From: Terriglobia bacterium
GTDB taxonomy: Bacteria; Acidobacteriota; Terriglobia; 2-12-FULL-54-10
NCBI GenBank assembly: GCA_963666975.2
Contig: CAXVYR010000002.1
Span: forward strand, 192,001-256,000
Reading direction: 5' to 3'
DNA: 64,000 nucleotides
Below are positions 19,749 through 32,968 of the stretch, one piece after another. The number at the start of each line of letters is the position of its first letter. The first letter of the stretch is position 1. The position numbers and the translations under genes were made by a program. Below the pieces are notes generated by a model that made no database searches, had not been told where the DNA came from, and was given only the letters and a program-made list of their open reading frames with translations.

Positions 19749-20885
19749 ATGAAACGGAATAGTACAACTGCGCTTTTTCTGATTTGCGCCTTCTTTTTGT
19801 CCGGCTGCCGGCAAGCTGAACTCGAAACCACTGCGCCTACCCTGCGCCAGTACGTTTTTGTCAGCAATGGAAAAAGCAATACAGTAACCGTTGTGGATCT
19901 CGTGACTCTTCGGGTCCGGCGCACGATCCCGGTGGGAAGTGGTCCCACGGGGGTGACGGCCAGCCCCATTCGGAACGAGGTCTACGTGGTCAATACCGGT
20001 TCGGGAACCCTCTCTGTTCTGGATGCCGAAAAACTGGAAGTGGAGGCGGAGGTCGCTGTGGGGCGCTCGCCGTTTTTCCTGGAGCTTTCACCTGACGGAG
20101 AAACCGGCTATGTGGCCAATGCCGGGTCCGGCACCGTCTCCGTCGTGGATTTGCTTGCCCGGAGAGTCAGCAACACCATCGCCACCGGTGAATACCCCGC
20201 ACAGGCCAAAGCCACACCGGACGGAAAACTGCTGGCCGTATCCAACCGGGGAGAAGACACGGTCAGCATCATTGATCTGGAGCAGATGAAAAAGGTCGCC
20301 GACGTGAAGGTGGGAAGCGAGCCGGGTCCTCTGATGGTGCTCCCCGACAGCTCGCAGGTATTTGTCGGCAACACGGGCAGCGGCAATATTTCAGCAATCG
20401 ATCTCGTGTCGCGCCAACTGATTACGCATCTGGAGTCTGGGCAGTCGCCCGCGAGCCTAACCTTAAAACCGGACGGAGGGGAGTTGTTTGTGACCAATTT
20501 CCACTCCGATTCGGTGACGGTGATCAATACCTATGCCGACGAGGTGACAGAAAACCTCCGGGCGGGTTCCAACCCCAGCCGCGCCGTGGTGAATCGCGCC
20601 GGGACGTTGCTTTATATTTCAAATTTTGGCTCCAACAGCGTCTCGGTGCTCGACGTCAACAACCGCAGGGTGCTGGCTTCTGTTCCCGTGGGAGCGCAAC
20701 CGGATGCGCTGGCGCTTACCCCGGATGATCATTATCTGCTGGTCCTCAACAGTCTTTCGAGCGAGATGGCCGTCGTCGATACGGCTGTGAGGTCTCTTTT
20801 CACTTTGGTGCCTTTGGGTCTCGGTCCTCGCGATCTCGCCATCAAGGTTTTCCACGGCCCTCCCGTTGTATCTTCTCCGCAATGA
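19749..20885 (+). CDS. YVTN/YncE-family beta-propeller lipoprotein
   Basis: Lipobox LSGC; repeated YV.N.GS.TVSV.D blades. Confidence 0.88.
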   Translation: MKRNSTTALFLICAFFLSGCRQAELETTAPTLRQYVFVSNGKSNTVTVVDLVTLRVRRTIPVGSGPTGVTASPIRNEVYVVNTGSGTLSVLDAEKLEVEAEVAVGRSPFFLELSPDGETGYVANAGSGTVSVVDLLARRVSNTIATGEYPAQAKATPDGKLLAVSNRGEDTVSIIDLEQMKKVADVKVGSEPGPLMVLPDSSQVFVGNTGSGNISAIDLVSRQLITHLESGQSPASLTLKPDGGELFVTNFHSDSVTVINTYADEVTENLRAGSNPSRAVVNRAGTLLYISNFGSNSVSVLDVNNRRVLASVPVGAQPDALALTPDDHYLLVLNSLSSEMAVVDTAVRSLFTLVPLGLGPRDLAIKVFHGPPVVSSPQ

Positions 20886-20952
20886 CAACCCGCAATGAAA
20901 AAATGACGAGCGGTTCCGGGCTAGTCTTCAGCTTGCCACTGCGCAGGACGTT

Positions 20953-21945
20953 TTAGGATAAAGGGGCCGTGGTAAGGAAGGTTTTGGAGATGCGGTCATG
21001 CCAGGAGAGGTGCTCTTCGTCAACGGCAGCCCATAGATAACCCAGGAAGAACGACCCGGCGCTGGCAACTGCCCCCAGCAGACGCCAGAAAAGTTGCCGG
21101 CGTGAGGCGGGGATTCCGTCGAAGTTCACCAGGCGGAGCCCCAGCCGGTGCATCCCCGGCGTGGCGCCTGTCAGACCGAGAAACAGAACTCCGTACAGAA
21201 ACATAAAAAACAGGTAGGCGCAGATGCCGCTGATCAATAAAAACCGATTTGAAACCAGAGGGCCGGCCATTAGTTTCAGCGTTGCCAGAAACATCAGCAG
21301 GGCCGCCAAGCTGAAAGCGAAGTCGATTCCATGGCCGAGCATCCGCAGCCGGAAGGGCGCTACCGCCGGGGCCGGATAACTGGCCCGTTGCAGAGGAGGC
21401 GCAGGAAAATTCAGCGCAGGTTGTCCTGCCGGAACCGGGCGGGGGCGTCTGGGCTTTCTGCCAGCCGCCGGTCTGCGCGGCGCGCGCGCCGGACGGCCGG
21501 AGGTTGTCCCGATGGGAATGACCTTATTTTCCGCAACAGGCTCTTCCTCAAATTGCAACGGCAGTGTCGGGTTCAGCCGCCGGTGCCGGTAGTCCTGCAC
21601 GCGACCGCTCAAATGCTCTCTCAGGTTTTGCTGCGGCGACGCATGCCCGGAGGCTCTTAGGAAAGGTTCCCGCGGGCGGTTTTCCGCGGTGGTTTGTTTT
21701 GTGCGCGCAGTGTGGGGGAGCGAAAACTCCGGCATGACGCTCGAGGAGGGAAACAGCCCGGGATTGCCTGCGGTCACCGGCTGCGTCGGTTCGGCCTGAG
21801 CTTGGAGGGTTTGCAGTCGCCGCCCGCACTTTTCGCAGCGATATTCGTTCTCCGCGTTGCGATATCCGCAGGCGGGACAATTCCACCACGGCGCGGTTAA
21901 GGCTCTGTCATCATTCGCCATTCCATGTCCTGGTGTAACTGGCAT
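20953..21945 (-). CDS. RDD-family membrane protein with N-terminal zinc ribbon
   Basis: CPACGYRN...CEKCG; APFRLR..GHGID, ATPG, SWHDRISKT RDD motifs. Confidence 0.85.
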   Translation of the reverse strand: MPVTPGHGMANDDRALTAPWWNCPACGYRNAENEYRCEKCGRRLQTLQAQAEPTQPVTAGNPGLFPSSSVMPEFSLPHTARTKQTTAENRPREPFLRASGHASPQQNLREHLSGRVQDYRHRRLNPTLPLQFEEEPVAENKVIPIGTTSGRPARAPRRPAAGRKPRRPRPVPAGQPALNFPAPPLQRASYPAPAVAPFRLRMLGHGIDFAFSLAALLMFLATLKLMAGPLVSNRFLLISGICAYLFFMFLYGVLFLGLTGATPGMHRLGLRLVNFDGIPASRRQLFWRLLGAVASAGSFFLGYLWAAVDEEHLSWHDRISKTFLTTAPLS

Positions 21946-22078
21946 CTGTCATCCAGCGGCCTTCATCCGTCATCGGTCTCCATCAAGCATCCATTGCCCA
22001 GGCAACCTTGCAATCTGACCCTGCGCGTGGTAACTTGCCCTCTCTGCTCGGGATTCTCTCAGGCCACATCCGGAGTTC

Positions 22079-24355
22079 ATGAAACACAAGACGCAAGTTC
22101 TTGTTAGCATATCCTGTTTTCTTTGTCAGCTTCTTTCCCTCGTTCCCAGCTTATCCGCTCAGGTGCCTTCTCAGCTACAATCGTCCCCGGCCGTGAAGAT
22201 GACGGCGGACTCCCAGGAGAAAACAGGCGATCTGTATCGTCTGCTGGGTCACGTCGAGCTGGTCTCCGGCGGGATGCGCCTGGCAGCCGACTATGTGACC
22301 TATAACGCGGCTACCGGAGAGCTGACGGCTGACGGAGATGTCCATTTTACCAACACGGTTCGGAACGAAGACATTCGGGCCACCCGGTGTGAGTTTAATC
22401 TGAACACCAACACCGGCAGCTTCTTCCAGGTCGAAGGAAGCGTCGGAGCGCCGGTGACGGGAAGTTCCTCTCTGTTGACGACCACAAATCCTTTCTCTTT
22501 TGTGGCGGAACGCGTCGAGAAGGTGGATGAAGAAACATTCCAGATTTACAACGGAGAAATAACGGCTTGTTCCTTGCCGGATCCAACATGGATTTTCCGG
22601 GCCCCCCGCGCCACCATCAAGCCGGGGGTCAGCCTCAAGCTCTACAACTCGAATTTTCGTCTGCTGAAGGTTCCCATTTTTTATTCTCCCTTTCTCTATC
22701 ATTCTTTGCGCCCCGTTCCCCGCTCCACCGGCTTTCTGATGCCGACCGTCGGCAATAGCTCGCGCTGGGGCACGGTGATCGGAGAATCTTTCTTTTGGGC
22801 CATCAACCGCAGCACCGACGCCGAAATTGCGGGGCGGTACCTGAGCAAGCGGGGATGGTCCCAGCAAGGCACGTTTCGGATGCGGCCAGCCGCCGGCAGC
22901 TATCTGAACGCATCCTATTTTGGCGTCGAGGACCGTGGCTTCGGGCCGCAGAAGATCGACCAGGGGGGACGCACGGTCAGCGCGGAAGGCGTCGCGGAGC
23001 TGCCCGGCGGCGTCCGCGGGGTGGTGAATTTCAACTACTTGAGCTCTCTGACCTTCCGTGAAGCCTTTACCCAGACCTTTAATGAGGCGGTCAATTCCGA
23101 GGTGCACAGCACCGGCTTTCTCAGCAAGAACTTCGATTCCTTTAGCGCGAATATTTCCTTTTCCCGTTTCGAGACTTTCCAAAGTATCCGTCCCAAGGAC
23201 ACCATCAGCATCCGTCATTTGCCCCAAATTGAGTTCAACAGCGTGGAACGCCGGTTGTGGCGCGATCTTCCTCTGTGGTTGTCCTGGGAAAGTTCGGCGG
23301 GAAACGTCAGCCGGAACGAACCGGCGCTTGCGGGCGGAGAGCGCGTGAAAACCTCCACGCTGGAGCGATTCCATGTCTCTCCCCGCATCACCGTTCCGCT
23401 GCGGTGGAAGGAGTTTCGCTTGACGCCCACGTTCGGGGTTCGCGCCATGCACTATGGAGGCCGCCGGGAGCAAGACCGCATCACGGGCGAATCGCTCCAC
23501 CGCGCCACGCAGGAACTTTCCGTGGATTTGGTCTTTCCGCCGATGTCGAAAATCTTTTCCGGGGCAGGGCCGCTTTCTCGCCGCCCGCTGAAACACGTCA
23601 TCGAGCCCAAGGCCACGTTCCGCTACGTCAACGGCGTCCGGGACTTTCAAAGCGTTCTTTTGTTTGACGAACAGGACCTGCTGACCAATACAAGAGAACT
23701 GGAGTACTCGCTCGCCAACCGGCTGCTGTTCAAACGCCAGAGCGGCCACGGCGCGCAGGAAGTCGTCTCCTGGGAGCTGCGGCAGCGCTATTATTTCGAC
23801 CCGCGTTTCGGCGGCGCCGTTGTGGAGGGACGAAGAAATCTATTCCGCACCGCACTGGACCTGAGCAGCCATCCTTTTATCGAAGGACCCCGGCGATTTT
23901 CGCCCGTGGTTTCCCTCTTCCGGTTCCGTCCTTCGGCCCGTTACGACATCGAATTTCGCCAGGACTATGACACCACGCGCGGCCGGCTGACACACGGAGG
24001 CATGGTCGGGAATGCACGCTGGGGAGACGCTTTCGCTTCCGCCAGCCACTTTTTCGTGCGCAGCTCCGAGACGCTTTCTGTGCCCTCCAACCAGGTCCGC
24101 TTCCTGCTCGGCTACGGCAATCTGGCCAGAAGGGGCCTCAACGCAGCCTTTGCGGGAACGTATGACATCCGGAGCGGCTTCATGCAGTTCAGCGCTTTTC
24201 AGGTGAGCTACAACAACAATTGCTGCGGGATCAGCGTGGAGTTCCGCCGCTTCGCGCTGGGTTCCGTGCGGAACGAAAACCAGTTCCGACTGGCCTTTTC
24301 CATCGCCAACGTCGGCACCTTCGGCAACATGAAACGACAGGAGCGTCTCTTTTAG
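22079..24355 (+). CDS. lptD: LPS-assembly protein LptD
   Basis: OstA-like N-domain, ITAC..P.P.W, RSTGFLMP, HVIEP, C-terminal CC motif. Confidence 0.9.
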   Translation: MKHKTQVLVSISCFLCQLLSLVPSLSAQVPSQLQSSPAVKMTADSQEKTGDLYRLLGHVELVSGGMRLAADYVTYNAATGELTADGDVHFTNTVRNEDIRATRCEFNLNTNTGSFFQVEGSVGAPVTGSSSLLTTTNPFSFVAERVEKVDEETFQIYNGEITACSLPDPTWIFRAPRATIKPGVSLKLYNSNFRLLKVPIFYSPFLYHSLRPVPRSTGFLMPTVGNSSRWGTVIGESFFWAINRSTDAEIAGRYLSKRGWSQQGTFRMRPAAGSYLNASYFGVEDRGFGPQKIDQGGRTVSAEGVAELPGGVRGVVNFNYLSSLTFREAFTQTFNEAVNSEVHSTGFLSKNFDSFSANISFSRFETFQSIRPKDTISIRHLPQIEFNSVERRLWRDLPLWLSWESSAGNVSRNEPALAGGERVKTSTLERFHVSPRITVPLRWKEFRLTPTFGVRAMHYGGRREQDRITGESLHRATQELSVDLVFPPMSKIFSGAGPLSRRPLKHVIEPKATFRYVNGVRDFQSVLLFDEQDLLTNTRELEYSLANRLLFKRQSGHGAQEVVSWELRQRYYFDPRFGGAVVEGRRNLFRTALDLSSHPFIEGPRRFSPVVSLFRFRPSARYDIEFRQDYDTTRGRLTHGGMVGNARWGDAFASASHFFVRSSETLSVPSNQVRFLLGYGNLARRGLNAAFAGTYDIRSGFMQFSAFQVSYNNNCCGISVEFRRFALGSVRNENQFRLAFSIANVGTFGNMKRQERLF

Positions 24356-24423
24356 GTCTCCACCGGCTGTGCTATCATCATGGAAATTTGAGGTTGTCAG
24401 TTTAAGGTATCGCGCAAAGAGCA

Positions 24424-25401
24424 ATGTCCTTTCCCGTCACCAGGCCACGGCGTTTGCGACAGAGCGAGTTGCTGCGCTCCTTCGTGCAAGAGACCCGGTT
24501 ATCTCCCAAGAATTTCATCTATCCGTTGTTTGTCTGTCCCGGCTCCGGCGTCAAGCGGGAGATTGCTTCCATGCCGGGGAACTTCCATTTTTCCGTGGAC
24601 CGGATAGGAGAGGAGTGCAAGGAGGTCGCCTCGCTCGGTATCCCGGCGGTGATCCTGTTCGGTATCCCGGAGAAAAAAGACGCGACAGGTTCGGGAGCCT
24701 ACGACGAGCGAGGCATCGTGCCCAAGGCGATCCACGCGATTCGCGAAGCGGTTGGCAATAAGCTGCTGATCGTCTGCGATGTCTGCCTCTGCGAGTACAC
24801 CAGCCACGGCCACTGCGGCGTGGTGAAAGACGGCGAGGTGGACAACGACTCCACGCTGGAACTGCTGGCCCGTGCCTCTGTGAGCTACGCCCGCGCCGGG
24901 GCCGACATCGTGGCGCCTTCTGACATGATGGACGGCCGCGTCGGCGTCATCCGCCGGGCCCTGGACGCCAAGTCGTTCCTCAATGTGGCCATTTTGGCCT
25001 ACTCGGCGAAGTACGCCTCGGTCTTTTACGGGCCGTTCCGCGACGCGGCCGACTCTACGCCCCAATTCGGAGACCGGCGCTCTTACCAGATGGACCCGGC
25101 GAACCAGCGCGAGGCGCTGCGGGAGATTGCCCTGGACATTGAAGAAGGCGCCGACATGGTGATGGTCAAGCCGGCGCTCCCCTACCTGGACGTGATCTGC
25201 CGGGCGCGGCAGGAATTCAACTGCCCGCTGGCCGCTTATCAGGTGAGCGGCGAGTTCAGCATGATCATGGCCGCCGCCAAGCTGGGGTGGATCGACCAGG
25301 AACGCGCCATGATGGAATCGCTCACCGCGATTCGGCGCGCCGGAGCGGACGTGATCCTGACTTATTTTGCCAAAGACGCCGCCCGTTTGCTCGCCGGCTG
25401 A
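24424..25401 (+). CDS. hemB: porphobilinogen synthase
   Basis: [44 protein letters not shown]. Confidence 0.98.
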   Translation: MSFPVTRPRRLRQSELLRSFVQETRLSPKNFIYPLFVCPGSGVKREIASMPGNFHFSVDRIGEECKEVASLGIPAVILFGIPEKKDATGSGAYDERGIVPKAIHAIREAVGNKLLIVCDVCLCEYTSHGHCGVVKDGEVDNDSTLELLARASVSYARAGADIVAPSDMMDGRVGVIRRALDAKSFLNVAILAYSAKYASVFYGPFRDAADSTPQFGDRRSYQMDPANQREALREIALDIEEGADMVMVKPALPYLDVICRARQEFNCPLAAYQVSGEFSMIMAAAKLGWIDQERAMMESLTAIRRAGADVILTYFAKDAARLLAG

Positions 25402-25405
25402 ACTC

Positions 25406-26344
25406 TCAGCGCCCCGCAGGCACCAGCAAAGTCAGCGCGTCCGGCACCATCTCAATTGTGCAGGGCAGCCGTCCCGCCAGTTCTCCATCCACTTGGAATA
25501 GGATTTTCTTCGGGCTTGAGCCTATTGCTTCGCAGCGAACTTTGCGGGCAGGGAAGCGAACAACATCCGCCAACCTGTCCAACCGTCCCGTCAGCAGAGC
25601 CAGCGAATAGAGAAAATAGCGCAGGCGGTTTCGCGAACGAAAGCAGTACACGAAGAAGCTCTCGGAAAAGAGATCGGCTTCCCGGACCATATGGAAGGGG
25701 CCGTAGTGCCTGGATTTGCTGATGCAGGCAAAGGTGGCCTCCATCTGCCGGTCCTCGGTCGAGACAACAAATGCCGTCTTCGGCTCGAACAATACCTGCC
25801 GGATGGTTTCGAGCACATAGCTGCCTATCCCCAGTAGGTTTTTCCATCGCAGCGCGAGCTTATAGATGATCTGCGCGTCAAACCCCACCCCAGCCATCAG
25901 GAGGAAGTAACGGTTTCCGGCGAGGCCCAGCGCCAGACGACGGGGTGTTGCCGAGGGAATAGCCCGCGCAGCCGCCCTCATATCGCGCGGGAGCCTTAAC
26001 TCTCTGGCCAGGACGTTCGCTGTGCCGCAAGGCAGCACGGCCAAAGGGACGCGGGAATGCGCCATTCCGCAGACCACCTCGTTGATGGTGCCGTCTCCGC
26101 CACAAACCACAATCAAATCCGCCCCGTTTTGGATGGCATCGCGGGCCAATTCTGTTCCCGAGCCGGGGCCGGTCGTCGCCTGAGTCTGCACCGAGACGCC
26201 ATTGCGCTCCAGTTCTTCGGTGGCCGTTCGGATTTGTTGCGGGCGCAGCCTGCGGCGACGTCCCGCTTGCGGGTTGTAGATGAGAACCGCTTTTGTGTAC
26301 TGGGGTGCAGTGGAGAGCCTTTCTGTATGGGGACTGGGAGGCAT
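25406..26344 (-). CDS. diacylglycerol/lipid kinase family protein (YegS/DAGK-like)
   Basis: IYNPQAG, GGDGTINEV, LPCGTANVLA, QVDGE; start set to avoid overlap with ligA. Confidence 0.9.
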   Translation of the reverse strand: MPPSPHTERLSTAPQYTKAVLIYNPQAGRRRRLRPQQIRTATEELERNGVSVQTQATTGPGSGTELARDAIQNGADLIVVCGGDGTINEVVCGMAHSRVPLAVLPCGTANVLARELRLPRDMRAAARAIPSATPRRLALGLAGNRYFLLMAGVGFDAQIIYKLALRWKNLLGIGSYVLETIRQVLFEPKTAFVVSTEDRQMEATFACISKSRHYGPFHMVREADLFSESFFVYCFRSRNRLRYFLYSLALLTGRLDRLADVVRFPARKVRCEAIGSSPKKILFQVDGELAGRLPCTIEMVPDALTLLVPAGR

Positions 26345-26392
26345 TTTCGCAGGATTCCTGCCGGCATCTTGGGGAACTCTTACAATGTATAA

Positions 26393-28504
<2,112 letters not shown>

Positions 28505-28560
28505 GCGAAAGGCCTAAATTCCTCCGAGCGGTATGCTAGACTGCGAAAAGCCAATTTCTT

Positions 28561-28637
28561 GGGCCGGTAGCTCAGTTGGTTAGAGCATCTGCCTTTTAAG
28601 CAGAGGGTCCCGGGTTCGAGTCCCGGCCGGCTCACCA
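28561..28637 (+). tRNA. tRNA-Lys(TTT)
   Basis: Cloverleaf gggccgg...ccggctcacca; anticodon stem tctgc/gcaga with loop cttttaa; TTCGAG T-loop. Confidence 0.96.
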
Positions 28638-28742
28638 TATAAACAAATGGTTTTATTGAAAAACAGGGGCCGCCAAAAGCGGCCTCTGACCCTTCCGGGT
28701 AACGTGCTGGGTAACAATTGAGGGCTGCTAGGGAGGATTTTG

Positions 28743-29480
28743 ATGAATCTATTTCTAAGCTGGTCAGGACCTCGGAGCAAGCATATTGCTGAGTCGCTGA
28801 GAAACTGGATTCCGAAAGTGCTCCAGGCAGTAAAGCCATGGATGTCCGATCAAGACATATCCATGGGCGCACGTTGGTCTCCGGAAATCACTAAGAAACT
28901 CGAAGATTCCAAGGTGGGTGTCATATGCCTTACGCCTGAGAACCAGCACAATCCGTGGCTGATGTTTGAAGCGGGCGCCCTTTCAAAAACAGTGGACCAC
29001 ACCTACGTCTGTCCCTACCTTTTTGACCTCCAGCCAGCCCAGTTATCGGGTCCAATTGCACAGTTCCAAGCGGCACTCGCGAACAACGAAGGAACGTTGG
29101 AAATGATTAAAACACTAAACAAAAGCCTCGAGGGCCTCCATATCCCATCACCGAGGATAGATGAAATCTTCGAAATGTGGTGGTCTAAATTGGAAGAGCA
29201 ACTAGCTCTAACTCCTGAGGAAGGGAAAGAGATCGTTACGGAGAGATCTACCAGCGCGATCCTGGAAGAAGTGCTGCAGAACACCCGGGAACAACTACGC
29301 CGAGAAGAGATTCGGGCGGACGCGAGTAGGCTGCGAGATGAAGTATTGGGAAATATGATGGGCAATTGGCAAGCGTTGTATGCGCCAATATCGAGCACAA
29401 TCTTTCCCGCCGCGTACACTCACGTTCAAAGATCTCACGGCGAAGGAGCGCGAGGCGAAGCCGCTCCCTACGCTAAATGA
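28743..29480 (+). CDS. TIR-domain protein (possible frameshifted tail to 29598)
   Basis: LFLSWSG..SK, PWMSDQDI..GARW, ICLTPEN, PWLMFEAGAL; RBS gggagga. Confidence 0.85.
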   Translation: MNLFLSWSGPRSKHIAESLRNWIPKVLQAVKPWMSDQDISMGARWSPEITKKLEDSKVGVICLTPENQHNPWLMFEAGALSKTVDHTYVCPYLFDLQPAQLSGPIAQFQAALANNEGTLEMIKTLNKSLEGLHIPSPRIDEIFEMWWSKLEEQLALTPEEGKEIVTERSTSAILEEVLQNTREQLRREEIRADASRLRDEVLGNMMGNWQALYAPISSTIFPAAYTHVQRSHGEGARGEAAPYAK

Positions 29481-29721
29481 GTTCATGTCGCAGCGGGGGA
29501 GTGCATTGCCAAGCGCAGATAAACTCGAGGAGAACATTCGTGCTTCGGAAGGGCTAGTAAACCCAGAACCAAAAGCGGACGACGAGTCCGACACATAAGC
29601 GCCCCGCCAGCGGGTGGGCCTAGCGATTTGTCCCCCGTCTGGTCCTGGCGGGAAACTCTTTGAGCTTCCTCCGCCAGTTCCCGCGTTCCTTCTCCGCCGC
29701 CGCGGCCGCTTTTTTTACTTC

Positions 29722-30289
29722 CCTCGATTTGAAGCGCAACCTCCTGTACGTCGGCACCGGAAATGACTACTCGCCTCCGTCGACCAGCACCTCGGACTCG
29801 ATCATTGCTTTCGATATGGATACGGGAGCAATCCAGTGGGTGCGACAAATAGTAGAGAATGACATCTGGAGCAGCGGCTGCCGCCAGCCGGACCCCGACC
29901 CGGCGGTCTGCCCCGACGTAGACGCCCCGGACTTCGACTTCCCTGCGTCTCCCATTCTCCGCGAACTGCAGGACGGGAGGGAAATACTGATTGCGACCCA
30001 GAAGTCGGGATTGATTTATGCGCTCGACCCGGACCAGGAAGGAAAAACCATTTGGGAGCTGCGGGTGGCAAAGGGCGGAACGCAAGGCGGCATCTTGTTT
30101 GGCTCCGCCACAGACGGGGAAAATGTTTACGCTGCGATCTCCGATTTTGCGCGTCTGACCGGTCGTGTGCCTAATCCCGATGTCGGCGGAGGAATCGTTG
30201 CGGTCAGTCTGGGCAGCGGGCAAAAGATTTGGCACGCTCCGCCACCAGGCTGCGGAGACAGAAGACCCTGCAGTCCGGCGCAGGCCGCC
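29722..30289 (+). pseudogene. internal fragment of a PQQ-dependent dehydrogenase (PVA-dehydrogenase-like)
   Basis: LYVGTGNDYS, SDSIIAFDMDTG, PDFDF.ASPIL, QKSG.IYALDPD; no start, truncated by IS1380 fragment. Confidence 0.8.
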
Positions 30290-30974
30290 AGACAGTCACC
30301 CTCGCGATTGAACAGCAACAACGGGTGATAGCAGCTCGACTCGAAATGCCCGTTGTAGGCGCTCCGCTCCTGCTGCCCGTAAACAGGAATTTCCGTACTG
30401 TCCATGTCCAGCACCACCCGTTGCGGTGAATCGATCCCTTCTGCCTTGCCGATCAGCTCCCGGTTCACCCGTGCCAGCCCTGCGAAGTTCCCTTCCTCAG
30501 CCAGCATCTCCGTCTCGAAGGTCTGCAACCGAGAAGTCAGAGCCGCCCCTCGATCCCAAATCTTCCCCGAACCGATCAGCCGCAACGCCGGGTCCTGAGA
30601 TAGCCGCTCGGCATCGTTCACATCCTCGTAACCAGCCAGACGGCTGTAGACCGACTGTCGCAGTAGGTCCGTAAAAGACAACCGCGCATTGTTTGCCCGA
30701 GAGTCAGTCAAGTGCTGTTCGACGAGTTCGCCGAATCCCAATCGCTCGTCCAGCTCTCGCACCAGAATCAGCCCACCGTTGGATGTCACTCGCGATCCTT
30801 GAAAGGCAACCCGCAAAAACCGGTTGAATGACAATTGAAACGCCTGTTTTTGGCTCTCACCCATAGGGTGTACACCTCCCGAAGACTGTATTGATGCTGG
30901 AACCCGCATCAATATTGATGTTGGAGGTTAGTCGAGGGTTGCTTCTACAATTTCAAACTGGAAATGCGGGCTAA
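30283..30974 (-). mobile_element. IS1380-family 5' fragment (left end plus truncated transposase 30864 to about 30285)
   Basis: VTSNGGLILVRELDE, AGYEDVNDAERL..DP, LDMDST, YNGHF..CYHPL; ends abruptly at GDCLAA. Confidence 0.88.
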
Positions 30975-31012
30975 AGAACAGAGCCGCTCTCGATCAGATC
31001 TCCAGTGAGGTC

Positions 31013-32085
31013 GTGGGAGTCCCAGTTAGATGGGGCTTTTTGGCCGGACATTTCTCAGCAATGGCCGGATTTGCGGGACTCTCCTCCATTCTGTTTGGAG
31101 GCAGTCTGCCCGTCCCGCTCACCGACCTGGTTGCCGCGAGTTGGTGCGTCGCCGGTGCCGCGGCGATTGCCTTCGCCGCCTTTGCCTTTCTTCCACCGAG
31201 GTTCTGGGTGCGGGTGGTCGGCAGCGCAGGTAATTTGTGGGCTTACGCGGTGGTTGTGATCCTTGCGGCTAATTTCGTAGGAAACGCGAGCCGCTCGCTT
31301 TGGGAGTCCGCAGCCTATCTAACTTTCAATTTGTCGAAGGCATTCCTGTCCCCCTTTATTTCTGGTGTCATTTCCGACACAGCCACGATGCAACTAGGGA
31401 CGCAAAAGTTCTCGGTGCTCATTGATCCGGCGTGTTCGGGTTTAGAAGGAGCTGGCCTGATTCTGGCATTTGGGGTCATCTGGCTTTGCCTGTTTCGAAA
31501 AGAGTGCCGCTTCCCCCAAGCTCTTGCTCTGATTCCGGCCGGCGTGGTTCTCATCTTTCTTTTGAATGCCGTGCGCATAGCCGCGTTGATCCTGATCGGG
31601 GATGCCGGAGCTCGGCAGATTGCGCTAGGCGGGTTTCACTCGCAGGCCGGTTGGATTGCGTTTAACGTTGTTGCGCTGGGTTTTGCGGTAGCTGCAAGGC
31701 GAGTGTCTTGGTGGACTAAAACAGCGCCGGAGCGGGAAATCAAATCGGCCACGAATTCCACCGCAGTCTACTTGCTCCCTTTCCTGATGATCCTTGCATC
31801 GGGGATGATCTCCCGTGCAGTAACCGCCGACTTTGAATGGCTCTATTCACTCCGATTTTTCGCTGCCGCTGCAATCTTATGTGTATACCAGCGGGAGTAT
31901 GCGAAACTCGACTGGAGGTTTGGATGGGTTGGACCAGGGATCGGCGTCCTTGTCTTTTTCCTCTGGATCGTTCTCGATCACCTCTTGAACACCCACACCA
32001 GTAGCGCCATGCCATCCGAGTTGGCGTCAGCGACCACCACTGCCCAGGTCACATGGATCACCTCTCGGACGCTTGCGGCTGTCCT
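31013..32085 (+). pseudogene. exosortase E/protease (VPEID-CTERM system)-like, truncated at both ends
   Basis: CSGLEG, LLNAVRIAALILIG, GFHSQAGW exosortase Cys/Arg/His motifs; 3' end fused to an IS3 fragment. Confidence 0.8.
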
Positions 32086-32295
32086 CGCCGCGAAGTCCCT
32101 GCAATACAATGCGGATTTTGTCTTCCGGGCTGAACCTGCGCCGCGTCCTGCGTTTGATCTCCCGGACGGCCTTCTCGACCGCCCCCCTGTCGTCTTGTTT
32201 TTGTCTCATCTTCGTTCCTTTCAGTCTCTACGATGAGCCAAAAACATCACCTTAACTATTACCCTCTACCTGTCCAACAAGCCCTGAAGGGGCGG
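32078..32295 (-). mobile_element. IS3-family left-end fragment with truncated OrfA (outer boundary approximate)
   Basis: MRQKQDD...VREIKRRTRRRFSPEDKIRIVLQGLRGEDS is a typical IS3 OrfA N-terminus. Confidence 0.75.
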
Positions 32296-32735
32296 AGGCT
32301 GCTCAGAACCAGGTTTGTTCAGAACGTTTGCTCACCACCAGGTCTGCTCATAACAAAACGCAGTTCGCAGCTTGGCCTTGTTGTCTTACTGCTTGGCCGC
32401 TTTCCGGGCGTCTTGCTTTACCCCGCGCCTTACTACTCCAAAGTGCATTTGTAAGCTATTGATAACATGTGAGATAACAGCATCATGGCGCTTCAGCCCG
32501 TCACTCCAGCTCTTCCCCTCCAATTCAAATTGCCGGCCTGCTTGGCAAGCAGAGCAGGATATAGTTCCCGGCAACGATCCTCTTCCGAGAGGTTAAGCTT
32601 TCCAATAGAGCTTCAAAACTAATTTAGTTATAAAGAGTGGCCTTATTTTGTCGATAGAACATCTTATGGACTTCCATACCGTTTTCGCAAATGGTGTAGA
32701 CCGCTCCGCCATCGGGACCAGGCATTCTCTTCGGC

Positions 32736-32855
32736 TGTCATCCTGAGCGAAGCGAAGGATCTGCTTTTGTACGCGGGGATTGGTCCTTCCCCGGCGGAAA
32801 AGCAGATTCCTCGCGGAGTTTACCCTGAGCAACGCCGAAGGGGCTCGGAATGACA
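32736..32855. repeat. REP-like palindromic element
   Basis: tgtcatcctgagcgaagcgaaggatctgcttt ... aaagcagattcctcgc ... ctcggaatgaca inverted arms. Confidence 0.75.
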
Positions 32856-32968
32856 ACGCGTTGTGGTTTACACCAACTGTGAAAATGTTCTCAGTGGGAG
32901 CAGTGTGAAAGCGGCAATAAAACATGTTGTTCGTTAAACTATTCGGCCAGCTTTAAGGGAAGGTTTCC

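Noticed and set aside
32330-32337. gctcacca as attR duplication of the tRNA-Lys 3' end
   Set aside because: Only 8 bp, expected by chance; no integrase seen
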